A program made the position numbers and the translations under genes. A stretch of 64,000 nucleotides of DNA from Candidatus Binatia bacterium. Its GTDB lineage: Bacteria > Desulfobacterota > Binatia > HRBIN30. This document shows, piece after piece, positions 20,674-30,972 of this stretch. Every line of letters begins with the position of its first letter. The first letter of the stretch is position 1. The DNA lies in the NCBI GenBank assembly GCA_038245295.1, contig JBBRSP010000026.1, forward strand, positions 19,810-83,809. The letters are read 5' to 3'. Under the pieces are notes generated by a model. The model was not told the origin of the DNA. It ran no database searches and saw only the letters and a list, made by a program, of their open reading frames with translations.

Positions 20674-22059
20674 ATGCCGCGCGCAAAGCATAAGGCGTGG
20701 GCTGGTCGTATGGACCAGCCCACGCATCCGTTAGTCGAAGCCTTCACGACTTCCTTCCCGTTCGATCAGCGCTTGTATGCCCATGATATCGCCGGCAGCG
20801 TTGCCCACGTCGAGATGCTGGGCAAACAGGGCATCATCCCCAGCGGCGAAGCGCGGAAGATCGCGCGTGCCCTCCGACAGATCAAGCTCGAGTTCGATGT
20901 CGACAAGTTTCGCTCGTCGGCCGCCGACGAAGATGTGCACATGGCGATCGAGCGTCGTCTCATCGAAATCGTTGGGCCGATTGGCGGTAAGCTACATACC
21001 GCCCGCAGTCGCAACGATCAGGTGGCCTTAGATCTGCGGCTCTTCCTGCGCGCCGAGATCAACGCGATCGTCGATGACCTGCGGGCGATGCAGAGTGCTC
21101 TGGCGACTCTGGCGCGGCGTTATCCGGACCTGCCCATGCCCGGCTATACGCACCTCCAGCCGGCACAGCCGGTGCTTTTCGGGCACCATCTGATGGCCTA
21201 CGCCGCGATGTTGGAGCGCGACGCCGGGCGCATGGGCGACACCCTCAAACGACTCGACGTCTTGCCTCTCGGATCTGGTGCCTTGGCCGGCACAACCTTC
21301 CCAATCGATCGCGCCTATGTCGCCAAACGGCTTGGATTCGGTGCGGTCAGCAGCAACAGCATGGATGCGGTGAGCGATCGCGACTTCGCCCTCGAGTTTC
21401 TTGCGGCGGCAGCCATTCTCGGCATGCACCTCAGCCGCCTGAGCGAAGATTTGATCTTGTGGAACTCGAGCGAGTTCGGGTTCATCACGTTGCCGGACGC
21501 CTTCGCCACCGGCAGCTCGATCATGCCCCAGAAGAAGAATCCGGATGTGGCCGAGCTCGTTCGCGGCAAGACCGGTCGCCTCTACGGGAACCTCTTGTCG
21601 CTACTGACGACGATGAAGGGCCTGCCGATGACGTACAACCGCGATCTGCAGGAAGACAAGGAACCGGTCTTCGACACCGTCGACACCATCCGTGGCTCAC
21701 TGCAAGTTCTGAGCGCCATGTTGCCGCGGGTCATCGTGCGCCGCGAACACGTGGAGGAGGCGGCGACGCGTGGGTTCACACTTGCCACCGAGCTTGCCGA
21801 CTACCTCAGCACCAAGGGCCTACCGTTTCGCGAGGCGCATGCGGTGGTGGGAGCGATTGTCCGCCGTTGCATCGAAGACACGCGCCGCCTCGAGGACCTC
21901 TCGGTCGCCGAACTGAAATCGTTTTCCCCGCTGTTCGCGGGCGATGTCCGACGCTGGCTCAGTGCCACCGCGGCCGTACGTCGTCGCCGCACCGTCGGGG
22001 GCACCTCGCCCGAAAGTGTGCGGCGCCAGCTCGATGCGCTCGATGACTCGGAGGACTAG
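20674..22059 (+). CDS. argH: Argininosuccinate lyase
   Basis: W.GR, EDVH..IE, KLHTARSRNDQV, GYTHLQ.AQP, TGSSIMPQKKNPD. Confidence 0.98.
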   Translation: MPRAKHKAWAGRMDQPTHPLVEAFTTSFPFDQRLYAHDIAGSVAHVEMLGKQGIIPSGEARKIARALRQIKLEFDVDKFRSSAADEDVHMAIERRLIEIVGPIGGKLHTARSRNDQVALDLRLFLRAEINAIVDDLRAMQSALATLARRYPDLPMPGYTHLQPAQPVLFGHHLMAYAAMLERDAGRMGDTLKRLDVLPLGSGALAGTTFPIDRAYVAKRLGFGAVSSNSMDAVSDRDFALEFLAAAAILGMHLSRLSEDLILWNSSEFGFITLPDAFATGSSIMPQKKNPDVAELVRGKTGRLYGNLLSLLTTMKGLPMTYNRDLQEDKEPVFDTVDTIRGSLQVLSAMLPRVIVRREHVEEAATRGFTLATELADYLSTKGLPFREAHAVVGAIVRRCIEDTRRLEDLSVAELKSFSPLFAGDVRRWLSATAAVRRRRTVGGTSPESVRRQLDALDDSED

Positions 22060-22084
22060 CCGCGGGCCGTCGGCAGGCTGCGTC

Positions 22085-22498
22085 GTGCGGCGTGTCTGCC
22101 TCGTCCTGCTCCTCACCGCCGCCGCCTGTGCGCGACGGTCGCCCGTGCGGCCCCCCGAAGATGTCATCCCGACGATGATCGACAATCTCAGCGCCAAACG
22201 CGAGCCGGATGGCATCAGCCTGAGTTGGAGTCGTCCGACGGAGTATGCCGGCGGCGGTCGGATGAGCGACCTCGGCGGCTTCGAGGTGCAGCGGGCCGTT
22301 GATGCCGCAACCGAGTTCGAAACCATCGCTACCGTCGGGGTCGACGATCTGGCCCGCTTCCGTCAACGCAAGCGATTTACGTACGTCGATCGTGGAATCG
22401 CCGGCGGCTCGACCGGGCGCTATCGGGTTGTGTCGTTTACGCTCGATCGGTACGTTAGCGAGCCCTCGAACGAAGTGGTGATAAGGCCGACGGACTAA
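22085..22498 (+). CDS. Lipoprotein with LptM/YifL-like N-terminus and Fn3-like domain
   Basis: VRRVCLVLLLTAAA-C lipobox, C.RR.P.RPP, then L.W..P, GF.V.R, Y.D, Y.V, S.PS Fn3 pattern. Start may be 22043. Confidence 0.7.
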   Translation: MRRVCLVLLLTAAACARRSPVRPPEDVIPTMIDNLSAKREPDGISLSWSRPTEYAGGGRMSDLGGFEVQRAVDAATEFETIATVGVDDLARFRQRKRFTYVDRGIAGGSTGRYRVVSFTLDRYVSEPSNEVVIRPTD

Positions 22499-22502
22499 GA
22501 CA

Positions 22503-23342
22503 ATGGCAAAGCTACGATTCACCAAAATGCATGGAATCGGCAACGACTATGTCTACGTCGATTGCTTTCGCGAGACGGTTGCGGATCCGGCGCGCGTTGC
22601 CGAGTTGGTCAGCCCGCGGCGCACCGGAATCGGTAGCGACGGATTGATTCTCATCCAACCGTCGGACCGCGCCGATTGCCGCATGGAGATGTACAACGCC
22701 GACGGCAGTAACGGTGGCATGTGTGGCAACGGAATTCGCTGTGTCGCCAAATATGTCTACGATCACGGCATCGCGCCGCGTCCCAAGCTGCGCATCGATA
22801 CGGACGCGGGTATCAAGACTCTGTCTCTCGACATTGCCGACGGTCGCGTTGCGTCGGTAAACGTCGATATGGGGGAACCACTTCTCGATGGACCACAGAT
22901 TCCGGTGGTGGCGGCGGGGCGCGTCGTGGATGCACCGTTGCGCGTCGCGGGCGACGAGTATCGCGTCACCTGTGTGTCGATGGGCAATCCGCATTGCGTC
23001 ATCTTCGTGCCTGAGGTGGAGCGCCTCGATCTGGAGACGATCGGCCCGCTATTCGAGCACCATGCGTTTTTCCCGAAGCGAGTAAATACCGAGTTCGTAC
23101 AGGTAATCGGCCCGCGTGAGTTGCGCATGCGTGTCTGGGAGCGTGGCTCGGGCGAGACCGCGGCTTGCGGTACCGGCGCGTGCGCCGTGCTCGTGGCCGC
23201 CGTCCTCAATCGCAAAGCCGAGCGCAGTGCCGTCATCCACTTAAACGGTGGCGACCTGCAAATCGAGTGGCGCGAATCCGATAGCCACGTCTTGATGAGT
23301 GGTCCGGCAACCGAAGTGTTTTCGGGTGAGATCGAAATCTGA
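22503..23342 (+). CDS. dapF: Diaminopimelate epimerase
   Basis: FTKMHG.GND, NADGS...MCGNG.RC, SMGNPHCV, WERGSGET.ACGTG. Confidence 0.98.
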   Translation: MAKLRFTKMHGIGNDYVYVDCFRETVADPARVAELVSPRRTGIGSDGLILIQPSDRADCRMEMYNADGSNGGMCGNGIRCVAKYVYDHGIAPRPKLRIDTDAGIKTLSLDIADGRVASVNVDMGEPLLDGPQIPVVAAGRVVDAPLRVAGDEYRVTCVSMGNPHCVIFVPEVERLDLETIGPLFEHHAFFPKRVNTEFVQVIGPRELRMRVWERGSGETAACGTGACAVLVAAVLNRKAERSAVIHLNGGDLQIEWRESDSHVLMSGPATEVFSGEIEI

Positions 23343-23359
23343 TCCGTAGTGAGGGACGC

Positions 23360-24247
23360 ATGGCACGCAATGTAATGTTTCAGGGTTCGATGACCGCGCT
23401 GATCACGCCGTTCCGTGACGGCAAGGTCGATGCCATAGCGTTCGAGAAAATCATCGAAGATCAGATTGCCGGCGGTACGACCGCTGTGGTGCCATGTGGT
23501 AGCACCGGCGAATCGGCGACGTTGTCGCATGCCGAGCATCTCGAAGTCGTGCGGCTGGTCATGGACATCGTCGACCGGCGTATTCCAGTCATTGCTGGCA
23601 CCGGCTCGAATTCAACGGCCGAAGCAATCTCCCTGACCAAGCATGCCAAGGAAGCTGGCGCGGCGGCCGCTCTGCTCATCTCGCCCTACTACAATCGGCC
23701 AACCCAGGAAGGCATCTACCAGCACTACCACGCCGTGGCCGAGGCCGGTGGATTGCCGATCATTCTCTACAACATCCCGGGGCGCACCGGATCGAAGATC
23801 GAAGCGACGACGATCGCGCGTCTCGCCGAGGTCGATAACGTCATCGGGCTCAAGGAAGCCACCGGCTCACTCGACGAGGTGCAGGAGGTCATTCGTCTGT
23901 GCGGTGATGGCCTGGAGGTCTACAGTGGGGATGATTCTCTCACTCTGCCGGTGATGGCGGTCGGAGGCCTGGGGGTCATCTCGGTGACCTCGAATGTCGC
24001 ACCGAAGGCATGCGCCGATATGACCGCGGCGGCCCAGGCGGGCGATTGGGACTTGGCGCGCCGCCTGCACTACGGCTTGTTGCCGCTGATCCGTGCGCTG
24101 TTTCAAGAAACCAATCCGACGCCGGTGAAAGCAGCGATGGCCATGCTGGGATACTGCGGCGACGAGTTGCGCCTGCCTCTTCTGAAGCTCAGCGACGGAC
24201 CGCGGACGAAGCTACGCAACGAATTGCAGAACCTTGGGCTGCTGTAG
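23360..24247 (+). CDS. dapA: 4-hydroxy-tetrahydrodipicolinate synthase
   Basis: GSTGES, GTGSNST, PYYN.P, LYNIPGRT, GLKEA, ETNP.PVK. Confidence 0.98.
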   Translation: MARNVMFQGSMTALITPFRDGKVDAIAFEKIIEDQIAGGTTAVVPCGSTGESATLSHAEHLEVVRLVMDIVDRRIPVIAGTGSNSTAEAISLTKHAKEAGAAAALLISPYYNRPTQEGIYQHYHAVAEAGGLPIILYNIPGRTGSKIEATTIARLAEVDNVIGLKEATGSLDEVQEVIRLCGDGLEVYSGDDSLTLPVMAVGGLGVISVTSNVAPKACADMTAAAQAGDWDLARRLHYGLLPLIRALFQETNPTPVKAAMAMLGYCGDELRLPLLKLSDGPRTKLRNELQNLGLL

Positions 24248-24292
24248 TCCTGGCCTCGCCGGCTCGCCGACCCCGAACGCAGGGAGCAATCC

Positions 24293-25099
24293 ATGGAAAC
24301 ACCGATTGTCGTGTGTGGTGCCGCCGGTCGCATGGGCCGGATGATCGTCAGCTTGATCCCCCAACCCCCGGGGGCTCGCCTGGCGGCGGCAATCGAAATG
24401 AGTGGGCACACGTTGCTCGGCAAGGATGCCGGCGAAATCGCTGGGGTCGGCGAGCTGGGCGTGGCGCTCAGCGACGATTTCGCCGCCGCGGCGGTTGCCG
24501 GGACGGTGACGCTCGACTTCACCAACGCCAAGGTGGCCCTCGAGCACCTGCAGACGGTTGTGGATCAGCAAGCGGCCATGGTTGTCGGTGCGACGGGCTT
24601 CACTGCCGCCGAGCAAGTGCAGCTCGACAAGCTGGCGCCAAAGGCGCGCACCGTGGTTGCCTCCAACATGAGTGTCGGGATTGCGGTACTTCAGCGTCTC
24701 GCCGCCGATGCTGCCCGCCTACTGGGCCCGTCGTTCGACGTCGAAATTGTCGAGATGCATCACAAGATGAAAATCGATGCGCCTAGCGGCACCGCCCTGA
24801 CCCTCGCCAATGCGGTCGCAGCGGCGACCAATCGGAATGTCGCCACCGACGCGGTTTTCGGCCGCGAGGGGATAGTCGGGGCACGCCCAGCCAACGAGAT
24901 CGGCGTCATCGCGCTGCGTGGGGGTGACGTCATCGGCGACCACACCGTGATTTTCGCCGGCATGGGCGAACGGATCGAGCTTACGCACCGCGCTCAGAGT
25001 CGCGACTCTCTGGCGCGCGGCGCGTTGCGCGCGGCGCTGTGGCTCAGCGGCAAACCGGTCGGCCGCTACAGTATGTCCCAGGTGCTTGGCCTGGACTGA
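24293..25099 (+). CDS. dapB: 4-hydroxy-tetrahydrodipicolinate reductase
   Basis: GAAGRMG, EMHHKMKIDAPSGTA, RGGDV.GDH. Confidence 0.98.
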   Translation: METPIVVCGAAGRMGRMIVSLIPQPPGARLAAAIEMSGHTLLGKDAGEIAGVGELGVALSDDFAAAAVAGTVTLDFTNAKVALEHLQTVVDQQAAMVVGATGFTAAEQVQLDKLAPKARTVVASNMSVGIAVLQRLAADAARLLGPSFDVEIVEMHHKMKIDAPSGTALTLANAVAAATNRNVATDAVFGREGIVGARPANEIGVIALRGGDVIGDHTVIFAGMGERIELTHRAQSRDSLARGALRAALWLSGKPVGRYSMSQVLGLD

Positions 25100-25104
25100 C
25101 GTCG

Positions 25105-26139
25105 CTATGCGGCGGCGTTACGCGCCACCCAATCATCGACCCGCTGCCACTGCCGGTAGAGCCACTCCGCCTGTGCCCCGCGTTCCACCGGGATCTCCGC
25201 GTAGGGCACGCGCCAGAACGTCACGCGGATCGTCGCATCGATCAGCGTGCCCTTGAGCAGATCGTGGAAGGTTCCGGCTCCGTCGAATCCCGTGTGAGCG
25301 CAGAAGACAACGTCGGCCCCCGGGTTTTTCTCCAGCAGCCCGAGCGGTCCCCCGAGTCGCGGCGGCAGCGTGTGGCGCAGCGTCTGCGCCAACGACAGGA
25401 GGCCTGTCTCGCCGCCATGGCGCATCTTCTCCAGGGCCCGCTGACGCTTCTGCGGTGTGAAGCGCGTCCCCTCGGGATAGATCAGTACGCCGTCGTCACG
25501 ACCAAGGTTCAGCAATAGACTCTGCACGGCGCCGATCTCGCGCTGACTGGCGCCGGAGCCGCGGCGCGCGAAGTAGTTTGGTAGCCGCTGCCCGACGATG
25601 TCGAGGCAGGGGTCCCAAAGCAATTCCCGCTTCAGCACGTAGCGAAAGATAATGTGAAAGCGTTCGGCCAGAAACACCGAGGGGAGTAGCGTGTCGCCGA
25701 CGCCGGTATGCCGCAAGAACAGCAGCATGGGCCCATGACCAATCTCCGGCCCCATCTCGACAGCGAACTTCAGACCAAAGATCTCTGTTGCACCACGCAA
25801 GAGCGTACGTGCCCACCAACACTGCAGTCTAAAATTGCGCTCCACGTACTCGCGTTCTTGGCCGCCGAGCCACGGCCCCGTCGTAAGCCAGACCATCAGG
25901 CTGATGGCCACACCCGCAACTTCGCAGCATAGGTAAAAGACAAAAAAGGAAAGGCAGCGGCTGAGCACCCAGCGGCGCCGACGAACCAGGTCGACCGCCG
26001 CCGCGATCGGCAGAACGACAGGAAAGATCGTCAGTGCGGCCAGGCAGAGGACAAGATAGGCCGGCACCGAAACGACTCGCCGTTGCCAACGCTCGCGCGT
26101 GGTTTCGTCGGCCGGGCCGACCATGCAACGGTCGTTCAC
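25105..26139 (-). CDS. PlsC-like lysophospholipid acyltransferase
   Basis: H.....D block (RHTGVGD), K.EL...P, YPEGTRF; N-terminal TM segments. Confidence 0.85.
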   Translation of the reverse strand: MNDRCMVGPADETTRERWQRRVVSVPAYLVLCLAALTIFPVVLPIAAAVDLVRRRRWVLSRCLSFFVFYLCCEVAGVAISLMVWLTTGPWLGGQEREYVERNFRLQCWWARTLLRGATEIFGLKFAVEMGPEIGHGPMLLFLRHTGVGDTLLPSVFLAERFHIIFRYVLKRELLWDPCLDIVGQRLPNYFARRGSGASQREIGAVQSLLLNLGRDDGVLIYPEGTRFTPQKRQRALEKMRHGGETGLLSLAQTLRHTLPPRLGGPLGLLEKNPGADVVFCAHTGFDGAGTFHDLLKGTLIDATIRVTFWRVPYAEIPVERGAQAEWLYRQWQRVDDWVARNAAA

Positions 26140-27032
26140 GCAGCTGGCGTCCGCTGGCGAATGAACTCACCAGCCCGGTCGATCGCCGCCTGCCCTTCCG
26201 GCAGCATTGATGCAAAGGCGTGCCAGACGTGGATCATCTCTTCCCAGACATCCAGCGTAACGTCCACACCGGCGTCCTTGGCGGCCTTGGCCAACCGCGT
26301 CGAGTCATCCAGCAGTGTTTCGGCGGTTCCAACATGGATGAGCAAGGGTGGCAGGCGCGACAGATCGGCGAACAGCGGCGAGGCGAGCGGACGGCGCGCC
26401 TCCTGACCGTTGAGATACCAGACTGCCATTTGTGTAAGCCCGTCACGCTGAACCATTGGGTCGGCGGCGGCCTTACTGGTCATCGACTCGCCGCTCTGCG
26501 TCAGATCGACCCAGGGCGAGATGCAGAATCCCGCCGCCGGCAGCGGTCGCCCCTGATCACGCAGCGCCAGCAAGGTCGCCACGGTCAGGCCGCCTCCGGC
26601 GGAGTCACCCGCTACGACGATGCGCCGCGGATCGACGTGTTGGGACAGAAGAAACTCATAGGCAGCCGTGGCGTCGTCGACCGCGGCCGGGTGCGGGTGC
26701 TCCGGAGCCAACCGATAGTCCAGCATCAACACGCGCGCTTGCGCCGCCCGGGACAGGCGTTGGCCGAGATCGCGATGGGTGTTGATGGAGCCGCAAGCAT
26801 ACCCGCCGCCGTGGAGGTACAAGATAACCCGCCCGGCATCACAACCTGGGGTACTCAGCCATTCGGCCGGGACGCTGCCAATTTTGACCGGGCTGCGTAC
26901 GACATCGTCCGGGATGACCATCATCTGCGTCATCGCTTCGAGGCCGGCCCGTATCTCCTGAACATCCGGAACGCCGACACGGTTCTGCGCCCGCATCATC
27001 TCGACGATCATCTTGAGTGCTTCACTGGCCAT
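26136..27032 (-). CDS. Alpha/beta hydrolase, HSL-family esterase
   Basis: HGGGY, DYRLAPEHP, GDSAGG, late His (MIHVW); GAGGGAGG RBS. Confidence 0.93.
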   Translation of the reverse strand: MASEALKMIVEMMRAQNRVGVPDVQEIRAGLEAMTQMMVIPDDVVRSPVKIGSVPAEWLSTPGCDAGRVILYLHGGGYACGSINTHRDLGQRLSRAAQARVLMLDYRLAPEHPHPAAVDDATAAYEFLLSQHVDPRRIVVAGDSAGGGLTVATLLALRDQGRPLPAAGFCISPWVDLTQSGESMTSKAAADPMVQRDGLTQMAVWYLNGQEARRPLASPLFADLSRLPPLLIHVGTAETLLDDSTRLAKAAKDAGVDVTLDVWEEMIHVWHAFASMLPEGQAAIDRAGEFIRQRTPAA

Positions 27033-27220
27033 GGTTCCTCCCTCGTGCGACGCAGATCTACGCCGTCGATCCCGATCCGGCAAGAATAGGAATACGACAG
27101 GGGCTGAGCCGCTCAATCGCAGCCGCCTGATCTTGCCAGAGAATCGCAGCGACTCCAGCACTAGACCGTGGAATCTCCACGTCCTGACGCAAGTGCTCTC
27201 TTTCGTGTCTGGGGCTTGGC

Positions 27221-28261
27221 TCAGCCGGCGTCGGCGTCGAGGGATGCCCGCGTCTTGGAGTTGGCGATCAACTCCTCGTAGCGATCGCGGTGGTGCAAGA
27301 TCTCGATCAGTCCACGCATGACGCACAGGAGTGGCTCATCGGTGACACGAATCTTTAGCCCCATCGCCTCATGGAGGCGCTGCTCCCAGCCGCGCAGAAG
27401 CGCCCCGCCTCCTACCATGGCCGCCCCGTCGGTAAAGACGTCGGCCGCAAGTTCAGGGGAAAGGCGTTCGACGCAACGGCGGACCGCATCCGTTATATGG
27501 CGAGCTACGGTTTCCAGTGCCTCTTGTACTTCAGCGACGCGCACGGAGATGCGCTCGGGTTTTCCCGTTCGTTGGCTGAGCCCCTTCACCTCGAACGTCG
27601 CATCGCCGATGCCATTGGCGAACACTGCTCCGTAGCGGATCTTGATTTGTTCGGCGGTGTTTTCCCCGATGAAGAAGTTGTAGCGATTGCGAAAAAACGC
27701 CTGTACCGCTTGATCCATGGCGTTGCCGGCCATCCGGAGAGACTCGCAGTGCACGACATCGTTGAGGGCCAGCGAGGTTACCTCGGTCGTACCGCCGCCG
27801 ATATCGATCACTAGGTTGCCGCGTGGTTCCTGGATCGGCAAGCCGGCGCCGAGCGCCGCCACGAAGGGCTCGCGGACCAGATCGACGCGGCTGCCGCCCG
27901 CCGCCTCGGCCTCGCGGATCAACGAATCCATTTCCACCTGGGTTGCGCCGAACGGCACGCAAACGATGATGTGCTTGCGGCTGAACGGGTGCCCCTTCGA
28001 CGCTTCGCGAATGAAATGAGCTAGCAGGGCCCGCGCCGCGTCGAAATCGGCGATGACGCCGTCGCTGAGCGGGCGAGCTACTTCGATGAACTCGGGGGCA
28101 CGTCCCAGCATCGTCCGGGCCCGCTCGCCGAACGCAATTGCCTCGCGCGTCTGACGCTGAATCGCCACCGCCGACGGCTCACGCAGGACGAGCCCTCTCT
28201 CCTGCGTGTAAACCAGGGAATACGTGGTTCCTAGATCGATGGCGATACGATGCCAAAACAT
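27221..28261 (-). CDS. MreB/Mbl-like actin-family ATPase (stand-alone paralogue)
   Basis: AIDLGT, EPS.VA, RPL.DGVIADF, AALGAGLPI.EP.GN, DIGGGTTEV, GE.TAE.IK, GGGALL. Confidence 0.9.
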   Translation of the reverse strand: MFWHRIAIDLGTTYSLVYTQERGLVLREPSAVAIQRQTREAIAFGERARTMLGRAPEFIEVARPLSDGVIADFDAARALLAHFIREASKGHPFSRKHIIVCVPFGATQVEMDSLIREAEAAGGSRVDLVREPFVAALGAGLPIQEPRGNLVIDIGGGTTEVTSLALNDVVHCESLRMAGNAMDQAVQAFFRNRYNFFIGENTAEQIKIRYGAVFANGIGDATFEVKGLSQRTGKPERISVRVAEVQEALETVARHITDAVRRCVERLSPELAADVFTDGAAMVGGGALLRGWEQRLHEAMGLKIRVTDEPLLCVMRGLIEILHHRDRYEELIANSKTRASLDADAG

Positions 28262-28408
28262 GCGGTCATCTCCTATCGCATCGCACTCTGCGGGGAGCAA
28301 CACGCTCATCGCGCCACGTTGGTTTATTTCCAATCTCTTTCGCCGATGATTCGTGGCGTGCCTTCGCCAATTGACAGAATGCTCGTGGCTCGGTTAGCTG
28401 ACCGACTC

Positions 28409-30448
28409 ATGTCTTGGCGATTCTGCATCGGCCTCGCGCTGCTGGTTGGCGCGCACTCTTCGGCTATGGCGGCAGTGGTCCTGCAAACCAGGAACGATCT
28501 CCCGGCCGGCACCGCCCCCACGGCCGCCGTGGGGGCGCGGGTGGATGCCGATTCGTTCCCCGATCTGATTGTCGCCGGCGGCCGCGGCTGTTCGGTACTT
28601 CTCGGGCTTGGCGACGGGCAATATGGCCCACCCTTGGCCGTGCGCCTTCAACCGGTGCCTGATGTTCTCGCCGCCGCGGATTTTACCGGCGATGGCATCA
28701 TCGACATCGCTGTCGCGACTCGCCTGGTCCCCGAGGTGCGTGTGCTCGCCGGCGATGGGCGGGGCGGCTTCGAACTGCGCTGGACCATTCCCTTGAGTGG
28801 TCACCCTTCCCTGCTGCAAGCCCGCGACCTCGATGGCGACCGGGTGCCCGACCTCATCGTCTCCCATAGCCACGGTCTGAGCGTCTTCCTGAACGAGGCT
28901 GGGCACCGTCTAGAACCCACCGTGTCCCTGGCCGGCACCGCGGTGCGTAGTCTGAGTGTAAGCGATGTCGATGGCGACGGCACCTTGGATTTCGTGTTCC
29001 CGGAAACGGAAGGCGATCGCGTACGAGTTGTTCGCAACGCGCTCGCCAGCCCGCCGACCGCCGACGCCCACTTCAAAGCCGGTCTGCATCCGCGCGCCGT
29101 CGCCAACGCCAGCGATCTCAACGGAGACTTCCTGATCGATATCGCCTTCGCCGATGAGTCGGGCGTCTGGGTTCTGGCAGGCGACGGGCGGGGCCAATAC
29201 GGCGCGCCGCAACGGGTCCTGGCTGCGGATGATATCGAGCAAATCGTCGCGGTCGACGTCGATCGCGACGGCGATATGGATATCGCGGCGCTCGACACCC
29301 GACTGCAAGCGGTCCGCCTTCTGATCAATGATGGGCACGGGTCGTTTCAGTTGATGCGCACCTACGGTACTGGCAACGCGCCGGTGGCGCTGCTGGCTAC
29401 CGAAGCGACAGCCGACAGCCTTCCGGATCTCGTTACCGTCAATCGGCTGGGCGACAGCGTAACCCTGTTCACCGGCGACGGTACTGGGCATTTCGATGCG
29501 CCGCAGCTCCTCGATGCCGGACGCGACCCTGTTGCCGCGGTGGCCGCCGACTTCGACGGTGACTCGCAGCTCGATCTAGCGGTCGCCAATGCCGAGACCG
29601 ACTCCGTCGCCGTGCTCACAAACATGGGGCGTGGTGACTTCCGGCTGCAGGCCTCCGTTCACGTCGGACGTGAGCCGCGGGCAATCGTCGCCGGGCACTT
29701 CGATCCGGGGGTAAATGCCGATCTTGCCGTCGCCGACTTCGGATCCGACGACATCGCCGTCGTGCAAGGTCTTGGTGAGGGCAAATTCGCCGCACCCGTG
29801 TTTATCCAGGTCGGCATCGGCCCCAGCGCCTTGGCGATCGGCGACTTCAACCGCGACCGCATCGCCGATCTCGCCGTCGCCAACACGCTTTCGAATAGCG
29901 CTTCAATTCTCTACGGCGACGGAACCGGACGATTCCCGCTGATCGAGAACTTTCCGGTTGTACCGCGACCGAGCTTCTTGATGCCGGGCGGACTCAATGC
30001 CGATGGGTACCTCGACCTGGTGGTCGGCAACCCCCAAGGCGACAAGGTTTCGATCCTCAAAGGTGGCCCACGCGGCTTGGGCTCGCCCACCGCTGGTGAC
30101 CTCGGTGGGCGGGTACGCCCCTTGGTTTCGGAAGACTTCGACGGCGACGGCCTGAGCGACCTTGCCGTCGCCAACGAATCCGACGACAGTATCTCGATCT
30201 TGCTCGCGACATCGCCCAATCAATTCGCTGCGCCAGTAAGGTTTCCCGTCGGGCGTCGGCCCGTCGCGCTCGCCGCCGGCGATTTCGATGGTGACCACCG
30301 CGTCGATCTGGCGGTGATTCACCGCGGCTCGCGCAGCGTCATGTTGCTTCTCAATGGCAGCCGGCGTGGGACAAGTGCCGCGCCGCGCCAACCCCCGCTA
30401 CCACAGCAACCGCTCGACCCGTGGAAACATGGGCTCAAGGGCTGGTAG
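28409..30448 (+). CDS. Exported FG-GAP/VCBS-repeat beta-propeller protein
   Basis: Signal peptide followed by about 14 repeats of D-F/L-x-G-D-G-x-x-D-L-A-V...G.G.G.F; start codon uncertain. Confidence 0.88.
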   Translation: MSWRFCIGLALLVGAHSSAMAAVVLQTRNDLPAGTAPTAAVGARVDADSFPDLIVAGGRGCSVLLGLGDGQYGPPLAVRLQPVPDVLAAADFTGDGIIDIAVATRLVPEVRVLAGDGRGGFELRWTIPLSGHPSLLQARDLDGDRVPDLIVSHSHGLSVFLNEAGHRLEPTVSLAGTAVRSLSVSDVDGDGTLDFVFPETEGDRVRVVRNALASPPTADAHFKAGLHPRAVANASDLNGDFLIDIAFADESGVWVLAGDGRGQYGAPQRVLAADDIEQIVAVDVDRDGDMDIAALDTRLQAVRLLINDGHGSFQLMRTYGTGNAPVALLATEATADSLPDLVTVNRLGDSVTLFTGDGTGHFDAPQLLDAGRDPVAAVAADFDGDSQLDLAVANAETDSVAVLTNMGRGDFRLQASVHVGREPRAIVAGHFDPGVNADLAVADFGSDDIAVVQGLGEGKFAAPVFIQVGIGPSALAIGDFNRDRIADLAVANTLSNSASILYGDGTGRFPLIENFPVVPRPSFLMPGGLNADGYLDLVVGNPQGDKVSILKGGPRGLGSPTAGDLGGRVRPLVSEDFDGDGLSDLAVANESDDSISILLATSPNQFAAPVRFPVGRRPVALAAGDFDGDHRVDLAVIHRGSRSVMLLLNGSRRGTSAAPRQPPLPQQPLDPWKHGLKGW

Positions 30449-30489
30449 GAATCTTTGCCTTCGTCGCCCGGCTTCGACATAATCAAAAC

Positions 30490-30972
30490 ATGTCAATTAG
30501 TGGCGAGCAGGAAGTTACGGCCGAGGTCAATGCGTCGGTCGACGCATGTTTTGCAACCATCACGACGTTCGAACGTTACCCGGAGTGGTTTTCCGGGATC
30601 GTCCACTCCAAGGTGATCGACCGTTATCCAGACGGCCTGGGAAAAACAGTCGAGTTCAAAATGAGCATGCCGCTGAAGACACTGCGGTACGTGCTGGAGT
30701 ACTCCTACAAGGCGCCGAAACGGCTCGATTGGAAATCCGTCGACGGCGACATCGAGGCCATCGAAGGTAGCTACGACTTGAAGCCCGACGGGACCAAGAA
30801 GACATTGGTGGCCTGTCGGCAGGCGATTTCGATCGGCTTCTGGGTGCCCGGACCGCTGCGGAAGCTCCTCGAGCAGACCGCCTTGCGCACCTCGGTGGTG
30901 GAGTTCAAGGCCGCCGCGGAAGCCGACGCGGTGGCCAACGCCGGGGCACGCCGCAAGAAGAAGACGTCATGA
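30490..30972 (+). CDS. SRPBCC/START-fold (polyketide cyclase / Coq10-like) ligand-binding protein
   Basis: FERYPEW, Y.L.Y, W..VDGD....EGSY.L. Confidence 0.85.
   Translation: MSISGEQEVTAEVNASVDACFATITTFERYPEWFSGIVHSKVIDRYPDGLGKTVEFKMSMPLKTLRYVLEYSYKAPKRLDWKSVDGDIEAIEGSYDLKPDGTKKTLVACRQAISIGFWVPGPLRKLLEQTALRTSVVEFKAAAEADAVANAGARRKKKTS

Noticed and set aside
25105..26139. Acyltransferase inactivated because NHxxxxD reads RHxxxxD
   Set aside because: The catalytic His and Asp and the PEGTR block are intact; the first position is variable.
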